Below are positions 17,477 through 27,373 of a stretch of 52,028 nt of DNA, in pieces (position 1 is the stretch's first letter; the number at the start of each line of letters is the position of its first letter). The notes beneath the pieces were generated by a model, which was given only the letters and a program-made list of their open reading frames with translations, was not told the origin of the DNA and searched no databases. The translations under genes were made by a program, and so were the position numbers. Source of the DNA: Candidatus Parcubacteria bacterium (lineage in GTDB: Bacteria; Patescibacteriota; Minisyncoccia; Phycocordibacterales; UBA5272); assembly GCA_039796775.1 (NCBI GenBank), contig JBDKJD010000006.1:1-52028 (forward strand). The letters are read 5' to 3'.

Positions 17477-17992
17477 ATGAAAAAATATCTTATCGTTTCT
17501 GGAATAGCTTTGACTAGTGTTATGTTTTCACTTGCAGAAACCGAAACAGCACCACTTCCTGTCAAAAAAGGAGAAGGAGAAATAAAGAAAGTTCAAATGA
17601 TGCAAGCTTCTATGAAGGAGAATATGATGAAAGATGGCATACTTCCAGCACCTCTTACAGGAGATGTGACTAAGGACGCTCAGATCAAAGCTCTTCACGA
17701 AGAAATGGAAAAGAAGATAAAAGCACTTCGTGATGAATATCAGACTAAGATAAAAGCTATAGTTGGAGACACAAAACCCATGAGAGCTACTTCTTCTAAA
17801 ATGATGATGAAGAAAGAAGAAATGATGAATGCTACTTCATCCAAACCAGGGATGATGCGAGGTGAGAAAAACGGTGTACCATTTAGAGACAATACAGGTA
17901 TGCCAGGAAAGAGAGAAGGGCAACCTGAAGTAAGAGGGACCTCTACCGAAGCTGTGAAGCGAGGATTCTTTGATCGAATGTTCGAGAGATAA
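17477..17992 (+). CDS. Secreted Met/Lys-rich hypothetical protein
   Basis: Signal peptide, short coiled coil, low-complexity tail. Confidence 0.7.
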   Translation: MKKYLIVSGIALTSVMFSLAETETAPLPVKKGEGEIKKVQMMQASMKENMMKDGILPAPLTGDVTKDAQIKALHEEMEKKIKALRDEYQTKIKAIVGDTKPMRATSSKMMMKKEEMMNATSSKPGMMRGEKNGVPFRDNTGMPGKREGQPEVRGTSTEAVKRGFFDRMFER

Positions 17993-18074
17993 TTAAGTAG
18001 GGCGCTCTAATAGTATTCGTATACTACGACAAAAGACCAATTTTGGTCTTTTGTTTTGTTATACTTTGCATATC

Positions 18075-18368
18075 ATGAAATCTTTCAGAATAAAAAGTAA
18101 ACTTTTTAGATATTACTCCGAAAAAGCGTCGTGGTACTTTCTGCCGATTGATAAAGAGATAGCTGATAGTATAAAAGTTTTGAGTATCAGAAGAGGATTC
18201 GGTTCAGTGAGAGTTACTGTGACCATAGGAGAGACATTATTTGCTACCTCTATTTTCCCAGATAGTCGATCAAAAGGATTCTTGTTACCAGTCAAAAAAT
18301 CGGTAAGAGATAAGGAGAATATTGATGACGGGGATATTGTTGAGTTCGTTATTGATCTAAGTGTTTAA
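18075..18368 (+). CDS. DUF1905-family protein
   Basis: WYFLP...RGFGSVRVTVTIG...TSIFPD...LLPVKKSVR; start placed at ATG 18075. Confidence 0.8.
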   Translation: MKSFRIKSKLFRYYSEKASWYFLPIDKEIADSIKVLSIRRGFGSVRVTVTIGETLFATSIFPDSRSKGFLLPVKKSVRDKENIDDGDIVEFVIDLSV

Positions 18369-18431
18369 ATGCCTTCTTAGGTGTTTGTGATTTTATTTTG
18401 CACTTATGAGTATAGTGTGCGAGGATTATAC

Positions 18432-19706
18432 ATGATGGTATTAAAAGATTTATCAATATCTGTGAACTACGATGTGATTGTTATAGGAGGAGGGCCATCT
18501 GGGATGATGGCTGCAATTGTAGCTGCTTCACATGGAGCAAAAGTTCTCATACTAGAAAAGAATGCACGTTTAGGAGAGAAATTACGTATCACAGGTGGTG
18601 GTAGATGTAATATTTTAAATAAAGAATTAAACACACAGATACTACTTAAGAAGTATGGCAAAGGTGAGCAATTCCTCTACTCGCCATTTTCTGTATTCGG
18701 TGTTGGTGAGACGATTAGCTTTTTTGAATCATTAGGAATTTTTATTAACGTTGAAGCAAACGGTAGAGCATTTCCTATATCAGAGAAGGCTGGAGATGTG
18801 GCGGAGGCACTCATAAAAGCATTGATACACAAAAAAGTAGACATACTCTATAACGCGCCAGTATCAAAGGTGCTATATCATGATGGTGTTATAGAAGGCG
18901 TGTGTTCAGGTACTTCTACGTATAAAGCTAAGGAATATATCTTGGCAACAGGCGGTATCTCTCACAAAGAAACAGGATCAACCGGAGACGGGTTTATGTT
19001 TCTTGGACAGCTAGGACATGTGGTTGTTCCACCATCTCCTAGTATTGTACCTATCAAAAGTGATGATGCATGGATACATGCGAGTGCTGGCTCATCGATA
19101 GATAATGCTAAAGTTACCTTTTTTTGTGATGATAAAAAATCTTTTAGTGTGAAGGGGAGAATGCTCTTTACTCATTTTGGAATATCTGGGCCCGTTATAT
19201 TAAATAGCGCATACAAAGTAAGAGAGCTTCTGTATGGAGGATATGTTACTGCGGTGATGGACATGTTCCCGACAAAAGATTATCCGATACTTGAGAAAGA
19301 CATGCTTATTATTTTTGATTCAAATAAAAACAAAATTTTTAAAAATATTCTAAAAGACATAGCACCTGTTGGTATACATAAAAGCATAGCGCTTCTTCTT
19401 GAAGCAAAAGGGATTGACACTAACAAGAAGGTGCACTCAATTACAAAAGAAGAACGCTCTAAGATCATTCACCTGCTCAAAGCTGCTCCATTTAGTATTG
19501 AGGGGCTTATGGGATTCGACAAAGCAGTTGTCGCAGATGGGGGAGTGTCACTTGAAGAGATAGACACACGAACGATGAGATCAAAACTCATCAAGAATCT
19601 TTTAATAACAGGAGACTTGCTCAATATTAATAGACCGTCTGGTGGCTACTCTCTGCAATTATGTTGGACAACAGGATATGTAGCTGGGATACATGCATAT
19701 AATTAA
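18432..19706 (+). CDS. HI0933/BaiN-family FAD-dependent oxidoreductase
   Basis: GGGPSGMMAA; GEKLRITGGGRCN; ATGG; LFTHFGISGP; GGYSLQLCWTTG. Confidence 0.9.
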   Translation: MMVLKDLSISVNYDVIVIGGGPSGMMAAIVAASHGAKVLILEKNARLGEKLRITGGGRCNILNKELNTQILLKKYGKGEQFLYSPFSVFGVGETISFFESLGIFINVEANGRAFPISEKAGDVAEALIKALIHKKVDILYNAPVSKVLYHDGVIEGVCSGTSTYKAKEYILATGGISHKETGSTGDGFMFLGQLGHVVVPPSPSIVPIKSDDAWIHASAGSSIDNAKVTFFCDDKKSFSVKGRMLFTHFGISGPVILNSAYKVRELLYGGYVTAVMDMFPTKDYPILEKDMLIIFDSNKNKIFKNILKDIAPVGIHKSIALLLEAKGIDTNKKVHSITKEERSKIIHLLKAAPFSIEGLMGFDKAVVADGGVSLEEIDTRTMRSKLIKNLLITGDLLNINRPSGGYSLQLCWTTGYVAGIHAYN

Positions 19707-19891
19707 AGAGAAGCACAAAAAGAGCGATCCAGAATAAGTGCTTTTCGATATACCTTAATGCTATTGATTGCATCTGATGTAGCAACACCTGTCACAAAGT
19801 ATCTCCCTTAACTGTTATTCTAAGTAAGAGCACAGCACTCTCATAAGCGTTAGAGAGTACTTGTTTCGCTTGATATAATCATTATACATCT

Positions 19892-20704
19892 ATGAAAAAA
19901 ATCGGAATTATTACTACATTAGTAGGTCTTAGTATGTCATCTGCATTTGCTTCTAATGACATTCTCAAGATGCCAGATTTTGTTGCTGTTTCGGCTGTAT
20001 CTCATATTGAAGAAAAAGCTGAAAAAGTAGCCTCATCTACACCATTTGTTCGTTTACAAAATAGAGGGATTCGTATCATCGACGAACGCCTAAAAGCATT
20101 AGCAAGCAACAGTGATGCTATTAATAGAAATAAAAATCTCACAGCAGAGCAAAAGACAGTTCTCCTTAGTCAATTGAATAACAATTCGACAGCGCTCACC
20201 ACATTGCGAACTTCTGTCGCTTCTAGTACAGATGCGACCAGTACAAGAGCTCTCATCGATTCTGTGTACAAGGATTATCGTATTTATGGAATTGTTATTC
20301 CAAAAGTACGTCTCGAAGCTAGAGTGTATCAACTCAAAGCGCACACAGTTAAGCTCTCAGACACTTTCCTCAAAATTCAATCAAAGATTGATGATCACAA
20401 AGCAAAGGGGCATGACGTAACTGCTTGGCAAAAGAATCTTGATGATGCCAAGACAAAAGTCGCAGGGCATATGTTTAGCTTAGATGAAATTCTCAAGAAA
20501 ACAGCAACACTTACTCCAGCTAATTACGGAACATCAACACGTGTGACTATACAAGAAGTTAATACTCAGATACAAACTATACAAAAAGACTTCCGTACTA
20601 TATCAAGTGGAGTCCGTTCAAAGGCTGGGAAAGATGATATGAAAAAGATAAAGCAAGAGAGAATGCAATCTACAGCAACAGGAACTCCTGGAGTTGTGAG
20701 ATAA
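19892..20704 (+). CDS. Secreted helical/coiled-coil hypothetical protein
   Basis: Signal peptide; long amphipathic helices. Confidence 0.7.
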   Translation: MKKIGIITTLVGLSMSSAFASNDILKMPDFVAVSAVSHIEEKAEKVASSTPFVRLQNRGIRIIDERLKALASNSDAINRNKNLTAEQKTVLLSQLNNNSTALTTLRTSVASSTDATSTRALIDSVYKDYRIYGIVIPKVRLEARVYQLKAHTVKLSDTFLKIQSKIDDHKAKGHDVTAWQKNLDDAKTKVAGHMFSLDEILKKTATLTPANYGTSTRVTIQEVNTQIQTIQKDFRTISSGVRSKAGKDDMKKIKQERMQSTATGTPGVVR

Positions 20705-20772
20705 TATCATTTGCAACATATCACATGATTGCTACTATCATAGTAGTGTAAGAGATAGATAGAGCAAAAGAA

Positions 20773-20815
20773 GTGCAACAAAAAGCGCAGGCGTAGCCTG
20801 CGCTTTTTGTTGCAC
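20773..20815. terminator. Bidirectional intrinsic terminator
   Basis: GTGCAACAAAAAGCGCAGGC-GTA-GCCTGCGCTTTTTGTTGCAC between convergent genes. Confidence 0.85.
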
Positions 20816-20841
20816 CCATCAAACTTACATACCTCACTTTT

Positions 20842-21456
20842 TTAATGAGCAATAGTCATAGCAATAACAGACATAGCGCCATGTTTGAGAAGTATATTCC
20901 TTGCCTCTTCTAATGTGCTTCCTGTTGTGGTGACATCATCGATGAGAATGTATGAGCCTTGTATGTTCTTTTTTGTAACAGCGAAGGTTCCCTTATTATT
21001 AGATAAACGCTCGCTTCTGTTTTTGGTTTTGACTTGGCGAGGGGTTATTTTGGTTTTTGTAAGAAGAGTGTGTTCTACAGGAGCTGATGTTTGTTCTGAT
21101 ATTATTTGGGCTATATATGTTGTTGAATTATATCCACGCAATAATCGTCGAAATGGATGCATTGGTATAGGGATAATCGTAACCTCTTCCTTGGATAGAG
21201 AGATAGTTCGCACGATATCTTCTGTGAGAGATCTGATAAGATCTTTTCTATGGAAAAATTTTATAGCATGTAACAGTTTACGCACGCGCTTGTCTTTGAA
21301 TGAGTAAGAACTATATATCCACGAGTGAGTTTGTGTATAAGGTTTATCAAAGGAGGCGACGCATTTCTGACATAGTGGAGTTCCTTCTTGATTACATAGA
21401 TAACAAGAGCTTGGGAAAATGATGTCATATAGTTTTGAGATGAACGATACACTCAT
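20842..21456 (-). CDS. comF: ComF family competence protein (double zinc ribbon plus phosphoribosyltransferase fold)
   Basis: FPSSCYLC...LCQKC; IPIPMH..R...RGYN; LIDDVTTTGST; start placed at ATG 21456 (21462 is an alternative). Confidence 0.9.
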   Translation of the reverse strand: MSVSFISKLYDIIFPSSCYLCNQEGTPLCQKCVASFDKPYTQTHSWIYSSYSFKDKRVRKLLHAIKFFHRKDLIRSLTEDIVRTISLSKEEVTIIPIPMHPFRRLLRGYNSTTYIAQIISEQTSAPVEHTLLTKTKITPRQVKTKNRSERLSNNKGTFAVTKKNIQGSYILIDDVTTTGSTLEEARNILLKHGAMSVIAMTIAH

Positions 21457-21522
21457 CCACATATGGTAACTAAAAAGATAATCTAAGAGTAGTGTTACAT
21501 TGTATACTAATGTGTATAAGCT

Positions 21523-22590
21523 ATGTTTGATTTTGTTAAAAAAGAAGAGTTCGCTCAAGCTGTTGGTGTAGACATAGGTACTTCTTCTGTCAAAATAGTT
21601 CAACTACGAAAAGAAAAGAACAGAATAATTCTCGATACGTACGGAGAAGTTGCTCTCGGACCCTATGCCTCTCTTAAAGTTGGACAAGCTGTACATCTTG
21701 GGGAAGAAAAAATGATCGAGGCTATTAATGATTTGATGAAAGAAGCCAAAGTAACTTCCAAGAACGCAGTGATTGCGATTAATCCGTCAGGTGCATTCGT
21801 ATCTCTTGTAACTGTTCCAAAAGTTGGTGATGAAGAATTGAGAACAATGATGCCAATAGAGGCGAGAAAGTATATTCCAGTACCACTTACTGAAGTGCAA
21901 ATGGATTGGTGGCATATACCAGCATCTGTGAGATTAAAAGGAGACAACTCGTCTGTTTCTGTGGTATTAGCTGCGGTCAGCAACACTACACTCATGGAAT
22001 ATGATAGTTTGGTTAAAAAATTAGACTTGCATAATGTTGAATATGAGATACACGGGTATAGTCTTTTACGAAGTGTTCCACCTCATACTCACAAAATGGT
22101 CTTGTATGTGGATATTGGAGCACAGACCACCGTCTTGTCTCTCGTGTATCAAGGGATAGTGATGGATATGCATGTTATCAGTAGAGGGTCTCAAGACGGC
22201 ACTGTTCAATTATCAAAAGCACTTTCTGTAACATTAGATACAGCAGAAGAGTCGAAGCGCGTTTTTGGATATAACGGGGATCAATCGAATCCGTACTTTA
22301 AAGAAGTATTAGAACTTTCTAGTTATCCACTGTTTGGAGAGGTTGCGAGACTATCTTTGATGTTTGAAAGAAAGTATAATCAAACTATAGAAGGAATAAT
22401 TTTGACAGGAGGAGGGGCGAAGGTTCCAGGCTTGCTTCAAGTGTATAGCAAGACCGTGCATGTGGCAGGAAGAATAGCCACACCGTTTGAACAAATAGTT
22501 GTACCAGAATTTTTGGCAGAGATGATGGAAAAAGTTGGTCCAACCTATTCAGTTGCTATCGGATGCGCCCTCAAGAAACTTATTTCTTAA
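21523..22590 (+). CDS. pilM: Type IV pilus assembly protein PilM
   Basis: VGVDIGTSSVKIVQL; EARKYIPVP; VDIGA; LTGGGA. Confidence 0.92.
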   Translation: MFDFVKKEEFAQAVGVDIGTSSVKIVQLRKEKNRIILDTYGEVALGPYASLKVGQAVHLGEEKMIEAINDLMKEAKVTSKNAVIAINPSGAFVSLVTVPKVGDEELRTMMPIEARKYIPVPLTEVQMDWWHIPASVRLKGDNSSVSVVLAAVSNTTLMEYDSLVKKLDLHNVEYEIHGYSLLRSVPPHTHKMVLYVDIGAQTTVLSLVYQGIVMDMHVISRGSQDGTVQLSKALSVTLDTAEESKRVFGYNGDQSNPYFKEVLELSSYPLFGEVARLSLMFERKYNQTIEGIILTGGGAKVPGLLQVYSKTVHVAGRIATPFEQIVVPEFLAEMMEKVGPTYSVAIGCALKKLIS

Positions 22591-22599
22591 AGACCCTCT

Positions 22600-23394
22600 A
22601 TGCCATTTTCATTTAATCCAACATCAGGAGCTCAGAATCAATCAGGAGCACAACAAGGTGGTCCTACTTTTGGTTTACAGTCAAACACATCAGGTGTCGA
22701 AGATGTAACATCATCAGATGTCCCACAAGCTCCAGAATCGCCTTTTTTGTTCATGGCTCAACGTGGTCAAGATAAGACAGCTATGGCGTATGTGCAGATA
22801 ATAGCAGGGACACTCTTTGCTGTTTCGATTATAGCTACCCTGGTTTCATTTGGGTATATGAAATATTTAGAAACAGTTCTAGAGTCTAAGAGGGCGGAGA
22901 TACAAGACAAAGAAACAACATTAAAAGAATATCCGTACGCTCTCATGAGAGAGGAATACGCCAAGCTTAAGCTCCTAGAAGGACTTCTTAAAGAATATGC
23001 AGCAGCGAGAACACCGCTTCTTCTTCTTGAGAAGGTGGTAGAAAATGAAGTCACTTTTAGTAATTTTAGCCTTAATCGTGACGTCAATGGTAAATACACT
23101 ATTCAATTAACAGCACTCACTAATAATTATAAAGCCGTAGTGCAGCAATTAGATGCTCTTCGTCTTACTGAGTTCACAAAAGTAGTATCAGGTCAAAAAG
23201 TAGACAAGATAGATGAAAACAGTCAAAGTAAATTAGGTAAAATCAAACTCGAGATAAGTGCCCCAGTTGCTATACAAGGAATATTGCCGAGTCTCGCAGT
23301 ATTTGAAAACATCGTCGACTCAGAAAGAGCTGCTCCGGTAGCGAACACTACTACCATCTCAGGCACTTCTTCATCTATAACACCAGCACCATAA
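22600..23394 (+). CDS. PilN-like pilus alignment protein
   Basis: Single TM followed by a coiled coil; position between pilM and pilO. Confidence 0.6.
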   Translation: MPFSFNPTSGAQNQSGAQQGGPTFGLQSNTSGVEDVTSSDVPQAPESPFLFMAQRGQDKTAMAYVQIIAGTLFAVSIIATLVSFGYMKYLETVLESKRAEIQDKETTLKEYPYALMREEYAKLKLLEGLLKEYAAARTPLLLLEKVVENEVTFSNFSLNRDVNGKYTIQLTALTNNYKAVVQQLDALRLTEFTKVVSGQKVDKIDENSQSKLGKIKLEISAPVAIQGILPSLAVFENIVDSERAAPVANTTTISGTSSSITPAP

Positions 23395-23398
23395 CAGT

Positions 23399-23986
23399 AT
23401 GTCACCAAAATTACTTACAATTCTATTTATCTTAACCCCAGTAGTGTTATACACAGCAGTACTTAAACCTATGTATGTTGGTGAGGGGGTTGTGTGGACT
23501 CCCGAGAATACTATCCCAGCGTTACAGACAGTTATTGATGAACATGATTCTACATTGGCGAATATTGATACAGTAGTGAGAGACATTACTAAGCTTAATA
23601 GCGATTATGAGAAACTTGATCAAGCAGTGCTTGCTCAAAATAATTATATGCTAGGTACAGGTATTGATGTTGCGAGATTAAGAGCAGAAGTTGTGAGTAT
23701 CGCTTCAAAACAAGGAGTAGCGATAGAAGGTCTCGAGGTTGCTAAAGACAGAAGAGGTGCCAAAAACGCAGATTTTTATAATGTCTCTTTTTCTGTGAAA
23801 GCTCGTTATCCAGCATTTAAGAATTTAATAGCTGCGTATGAGAGAAATATGAGATTCTACACAATAGACAGTCTCTCAATTGCTCGCCAAAAAGAAGAAG
23901 CGACAGTAACCGGGACTAATAATCTCGACAAAGACGCCCTTAATATTTCGGTTAAGTTTAGAGTTTATCAACTTAGAGCAAAATAA
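23399..23986 (+). CDS. pilO: Type IV pilus protein PilO
   Basis: TM, coiled coil and SFSVKARYPAFKNLIAAYERNMRFYTIDSLSI. Confidence 0.7.
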   Translation: MSPKLLTILFILTPVVLYTAVLKPMYVGEGVVWTPENTIPALQTVIDEHDSTLANIDTVVRDITKLNSDYEKLDQAVLAQNNYMLGTGIDVARLRAEVVSIASKQGVAIEGLEVAKDRRGAKNADFYNVSFSVKARYPAFKNLIAAYERNMRFYTIDSLSIARQKEEATVTGTNNLDKDALNISVKFRVYQLRAK

Positions 23987-23997
23987 TTATTTCAAGT

Positions 23998-24312
23998 ATG
24001 AATATCTCCATCTCATTAATCAAAGATAGCGCAGTCGGACTCATTGTTATAGGTATCATAGGGTATTCTCTTTTTCTCGGGTATGGAGTATTTTTTAGAG
24101 AGCCAGCAGTGTCATCTTCAGTGAGCGCATCATTGCTTGGTCCTCGCTTGCAGGCTGCAGCGCTTATTGTTCAAGAGAAAGTTTCATTCTCACCTAACAA
24201 TCTTACATTTACCAAGACACCACTTTATACTTCTTTTATAGATCCTCCAGAAATAGTTCCGCTCAGTGATAAACGTGGACGAGATGATCCTTTCGTCCCG
24301 TTTAATCAGTAG
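23998..24312 (+). CDS. Small membrane protein of the pilus cluster (PilP-like position)
   Basis: TM helix and C-terminal GRDDPF motif. Confidence 0.55.
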   Translation: MNISISLIKDSAVGLIVIGIIGYSLFLGYGVFFREPAVSSSVSASLLGPRLQAAALIVQEKVSFSPNNLTFTKTPLYTSFIDPPEIVPLSDKRGRDDPFVPFNQ

Positions 24313-24315
24313 TGT

Positions 24316-26067
24316 ATGCTCCTCCTTGATTTATTCGTCAGTCAAAACAAGTTAACCGAAATAGAGGCTAAAGACATAGAAGCCAAACTCGTAACAACCC
24401 CGAGTCTTTTCGTCGATGATTTGTTAGAGGAAAAGGCTATTACAAGTGATGAGATTACAGAAGTGAGAAGCACACTTCACGGTCTCCCAATTTATCGAGA
24501 AGATATTTCTGGAGATCAAGATTTGGCAAAGTATATAGGAGTAGCTCAGTCCAAGCAGCTTTTGGCTGTTCCTCTTGGGGTAGAAGATGAAGTGATTTTG
24601 GTGGGAGTCGTTGACCCAGAGTATGGAAATGTTTTGTCTAGCCTTCAATTTCTCTTTGGGGCCAATCATCAAGCGTACAAAGTATATTTGGTGACCTATG
24701 ACGCATTTAAGTCTCATTTTGGTATTACCGGCCTAGAAAAGAAGGATGAACAAGCAAGCGTGGTGAGCAAGGTTGATAATGAAGTACTTTCATATGTTGG
24801 TAAGGAAGATGATAAGTTAGAGGATGAGGTCCAAGAAGAAGGTGAAATAGATCTCGCTAATAATAGTGGAGCGCTTGATAAAAATTTAGCCAAGTTACCG
24901 ATACCAGAAATATTCAGTACAGTACTTCGTTATGCGATTGACAACACGGCTTCCGATATTCATATAGAACATACAGGTCTCACTGTTCGTATACGTGTGA
25001 GAATGGATGGACGTCTTGAGCAGATAGCAGGTCTCCCACCTAAGCTTCATTCTATGCTTATCGCGCGTATCAAAGTATTGTGTGCTATGAAGTTAGACGA
25101 GAAGCGCAAGCCTCAAGATGGACGTTTCAGTACCAAGTTCGGAGACCGTAAGATTGATTATCGTGTGTCATCATTTCCTAGTTATTATGGAGAAAAGATA
25201 GTGATCCGTATTTTGGATAGTATTAAGGGTGTGAAAGTACTCGACACCCTTGGGTTTTCTGAACTCCAAATGAAACATATACGAGAGGCACTTGGAGCGC
25301 CGTATGGTATGGTACTTATCTCAGGTCCTACTGGATCTGGTAAGACAACAACACTGTATTCGATGCTCAATGAAATAGATAGGGATCACAAGAATGTAGT
25401 ATCACTCGAAGATCCGGTCGAGTATAACGTAGGAGGAATGAATCAATCACAAGTATTCCCAGATATTGGATACACATTCGCTTCTGGTCTTCGTTCTATT
25501 TTGCGTCAGGACCCTGATGTGATCATGGTGGGAGAAATTCGTGACGGCGAAACAGCGTCTCTAGCTATTCAAGCTGCACTCACCGGTCACTTAGTATTCT
25601 CTACTATTCACACCAACACATCTATTGGTGTAATCACTCGACTTCTTGATATGGGAATAGAGCCGTATCTTATCGCACCAGTACTCATCGCTGCGCTTGG
25701 TCAGCGTCTCTCTCGTACTATTGCACCTGGATGTGGGGTGGTAATGGAAATGACGCCATCCCTACAAGAATTAGTTAATACACAATTCGTCGATCTTCCA
25801 GAAGAATTTAAAATAAAATTCCAAACCAATCGTCCATTCTTTGAAGCTAAAGGGAATCAGGAGAATCCAAATGGTATTAAAGGACGAACGCCTGTATTTG
25901 AAGTTCTTTCAATCGATGAAGAAATAGAAGAAGCAATATTAAGAAACAAAGGCGAAGAGGAGATCCGTAAATTAGCTAGAGCTAAAGGTATGACGACAAT
26001 CAAAGAAGATGCCATGCTTAAATGCATGGATGGCAAGGTGCCATTTATTGAACTCGCCGAACTCTAA
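24316..26067 (+). CDS. pilB: Pilus assembly ATPase PilB/GspE
   Basis: ASDIHIE; PQDGR; GPTGSGKTTT; LRQDPDVIMVGEIRD; TGHLVFSTIHTN. Confidence 0.93.
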   Translation: MLLLDLFVSQNKLTEIEAKDIEAKLVTTPSLFVDDLLEEKAITSDEITEVRSTLHGLPIYREDISGDQDLAKYIGVAQSKQLLAVPLGVEDEVILVGVVDPEYGNVLSSLQFLFGANHQAYKVYLVTYDAFKSHFGITGLEKKDEQASVVSKVDNEVLSYVGKEDDKLEDEVQEEGEIDLANNSGALDKNLAKLPIPEIFSTVLRYAIDNTASDIHIEHTGLTVRIRVRMDGRLEQIAGLPPKLHSMLIARIKVLCAMKLDEKRKPQDGRFSTKFGDRKIDYRVSSFPSYYGEKIVIRILDSIKGVKVLDTLGFSELQMKHIREALGAPYGMVLISGPTGSGKTTTLYSMLNEIDRDHKNVVSLEDPVEYNVGGMNQSQVFPDIGYTFASGLRSILRQDPDVIMVGEIRDGETASLAIQAALTGHLVFSTIHTNTSIGVITRLLDMGIEPYLIAPVLIAALGQRLSRTIAPGCGVVMEMTPSLQELVNTQFVDLPEEFKIKFQTNRPFFEAKGNQENPNGIKGRTPVFEVLSIDEEIEEAILRNKGEEEIRKLARAKGMTTIKEDAMLKCMDGKVPFIELAEL

Positions 26068-26180
26068 AGGTTGACCGTTAGCCTTTAGCTGTTAGCTCTG
26101 AGCTTCTAGACATCAAAGTAAAGACAAAAAGTATAATAAAAATTGTATAGACACTTGCAAAATTATAAATATACTTTTTA

Positions 26181-26252
26181 CTAACAGCTAACAGCTAACA
26201 GCTAACAGCTAACAGCTAACAGCTAACAGCTAACAGCTAACAGCTAACAGCT
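26181..26252. repeat. Heptamer tandem repeat (CTAACAG)x10
   Basis: Ten perfect copies between pilB and pilT; degenerate inverted TTAGC-type heptamers at about 26077-26110. Confidence 0.95.
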
Positions 26253-26302
26253 GCCCCTTTGTCCACTAGCAACTATTAACTATTAACTATAAACTGGTTG
26301 AT

Positions 26303-27361
26303 ATGAACTACGAAATAGAGCTCGATGATATTATTATGACCTTGGTTAAAGAAGGGGGGTCAGACCTACATTTAACAGTAGGTAGCTTCCCTACACTTCG
26401 TATTAATAGAGATCTTATCCCGCTCACCAGAAAACAACAACTAACATCAGAAGATACTCTTGGATTTTTACATCAAATGGTTACTGAGAAAATACTCACT
26501 GATTTCGTCGTCAAGCAAGAGCTAGATTTTTCATATTCTCACAAAAATTTGTATCGCTTACGAGGTAATGCTTCTTTTCAGCAAGGGGTTATCTCTATAG
26601 CGCTTCGTCTTGTGCCAAAAGTTAAGAGTTTAAGTGAACTTAACTTACCTGAACAATTAACTCAAATAGCTCGAGAGAAGCAAGGGTTTTTCCTTGTTGT
26701 TGGGCCTGTTGGTCAGGGGAAGTCTACAACACTTGCCGCTATGGTGTCACTTATCAATTCTGAATCTCGTAGGCATATTCTTACTATTGAAGATCCAGTG
26801 GAATTTCATTTTGAACAAGATAAGTCGCTCATTGAACAAAGAGAGGTGGGGATAGATACTACTGATTTTAACACTGCACTCGTGCACGCGCTTCGTCAGG
26901 ATGTTGATGTCATTATGATAGGTGAGATGCGCAGCAAAGAAACGATACAGACAGCAGTAACCGCAGCTGAAACCGGACACCTGGTATTGTCAACACTTCA
27001 CACAAACTCGGCAGCTCAGACAATCGACCGTATTATCGATTCATTCCCAGGTGAACAACAGGGGCAGATACGACTACAATTAGCTGCTTCCCTTATTGGA
27101 GTTCTCTCTCAACGTCTTATCCCTACTATTCAAGGTGGGCTTATTCCAGCGTTTGAGCTCATGCTTAATACTAACGGAATTTCTAATTTGATTAGAGAAA
27201 AGAGAACTCATGAAATAGATGTATTAATAGAAACAAGAAGTGAAGAGGGTATGATAGATGTGGACAGATATTTAGCGCAGCTAGTTCGTTCTGGAATAGT
27301 AGCTCAAGATGTAGCGTATCAATTCGTTAAGCGTAAGAATCTTTTCGAGAGGCTCCTCTAA
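26303..27361 (+). CDS. pilT: Pilus retraction ATPase PilT
   Basis: SDLHL; GPVGQGKSTT; TIEDPVE; AETGHLVLSTLHTN; NLIRE. Confidence 0.93.
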   Translation: MNYEIELDDIIMTLVKEGGSDLHLTVGSFPTLRINRDLIPLTRKQQLTSEDTLGFLHQMVTEKILTDFVVKQELDFSYSHKNLYRLRGNASFQQGVISIALRLVPKVKSLSELNLPEQLTQIAREKQGFFLVVGPVGQGKSTTLAAMVSLINSESRRHILTIEDPVEFHFEQDKSLIEQREVGIDTTDFNTALVHALRQDVDVIMIGEMRSKETIQTAVTAAETGHLVLSTLHTNSAAQTIDRIIDSFPGEQQGQIRLQLAASLIGVLSQRLIPTIQGGLIPAFELMLNTNGISNLIREKRTHEIDVLIETRSEEGMIDVDRYLAQLVRSGIVAQDVAYQFVKRKNLFERLL

Positions 27362-27373
27362 TATACTATATCC

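Noticed and set aside
26181-26252. Heptamer arrays as CRISPR repeats or replication iterons
   Set aside because: The units are contiguous 7-mers without spacers, and no rep gene is adjacent.
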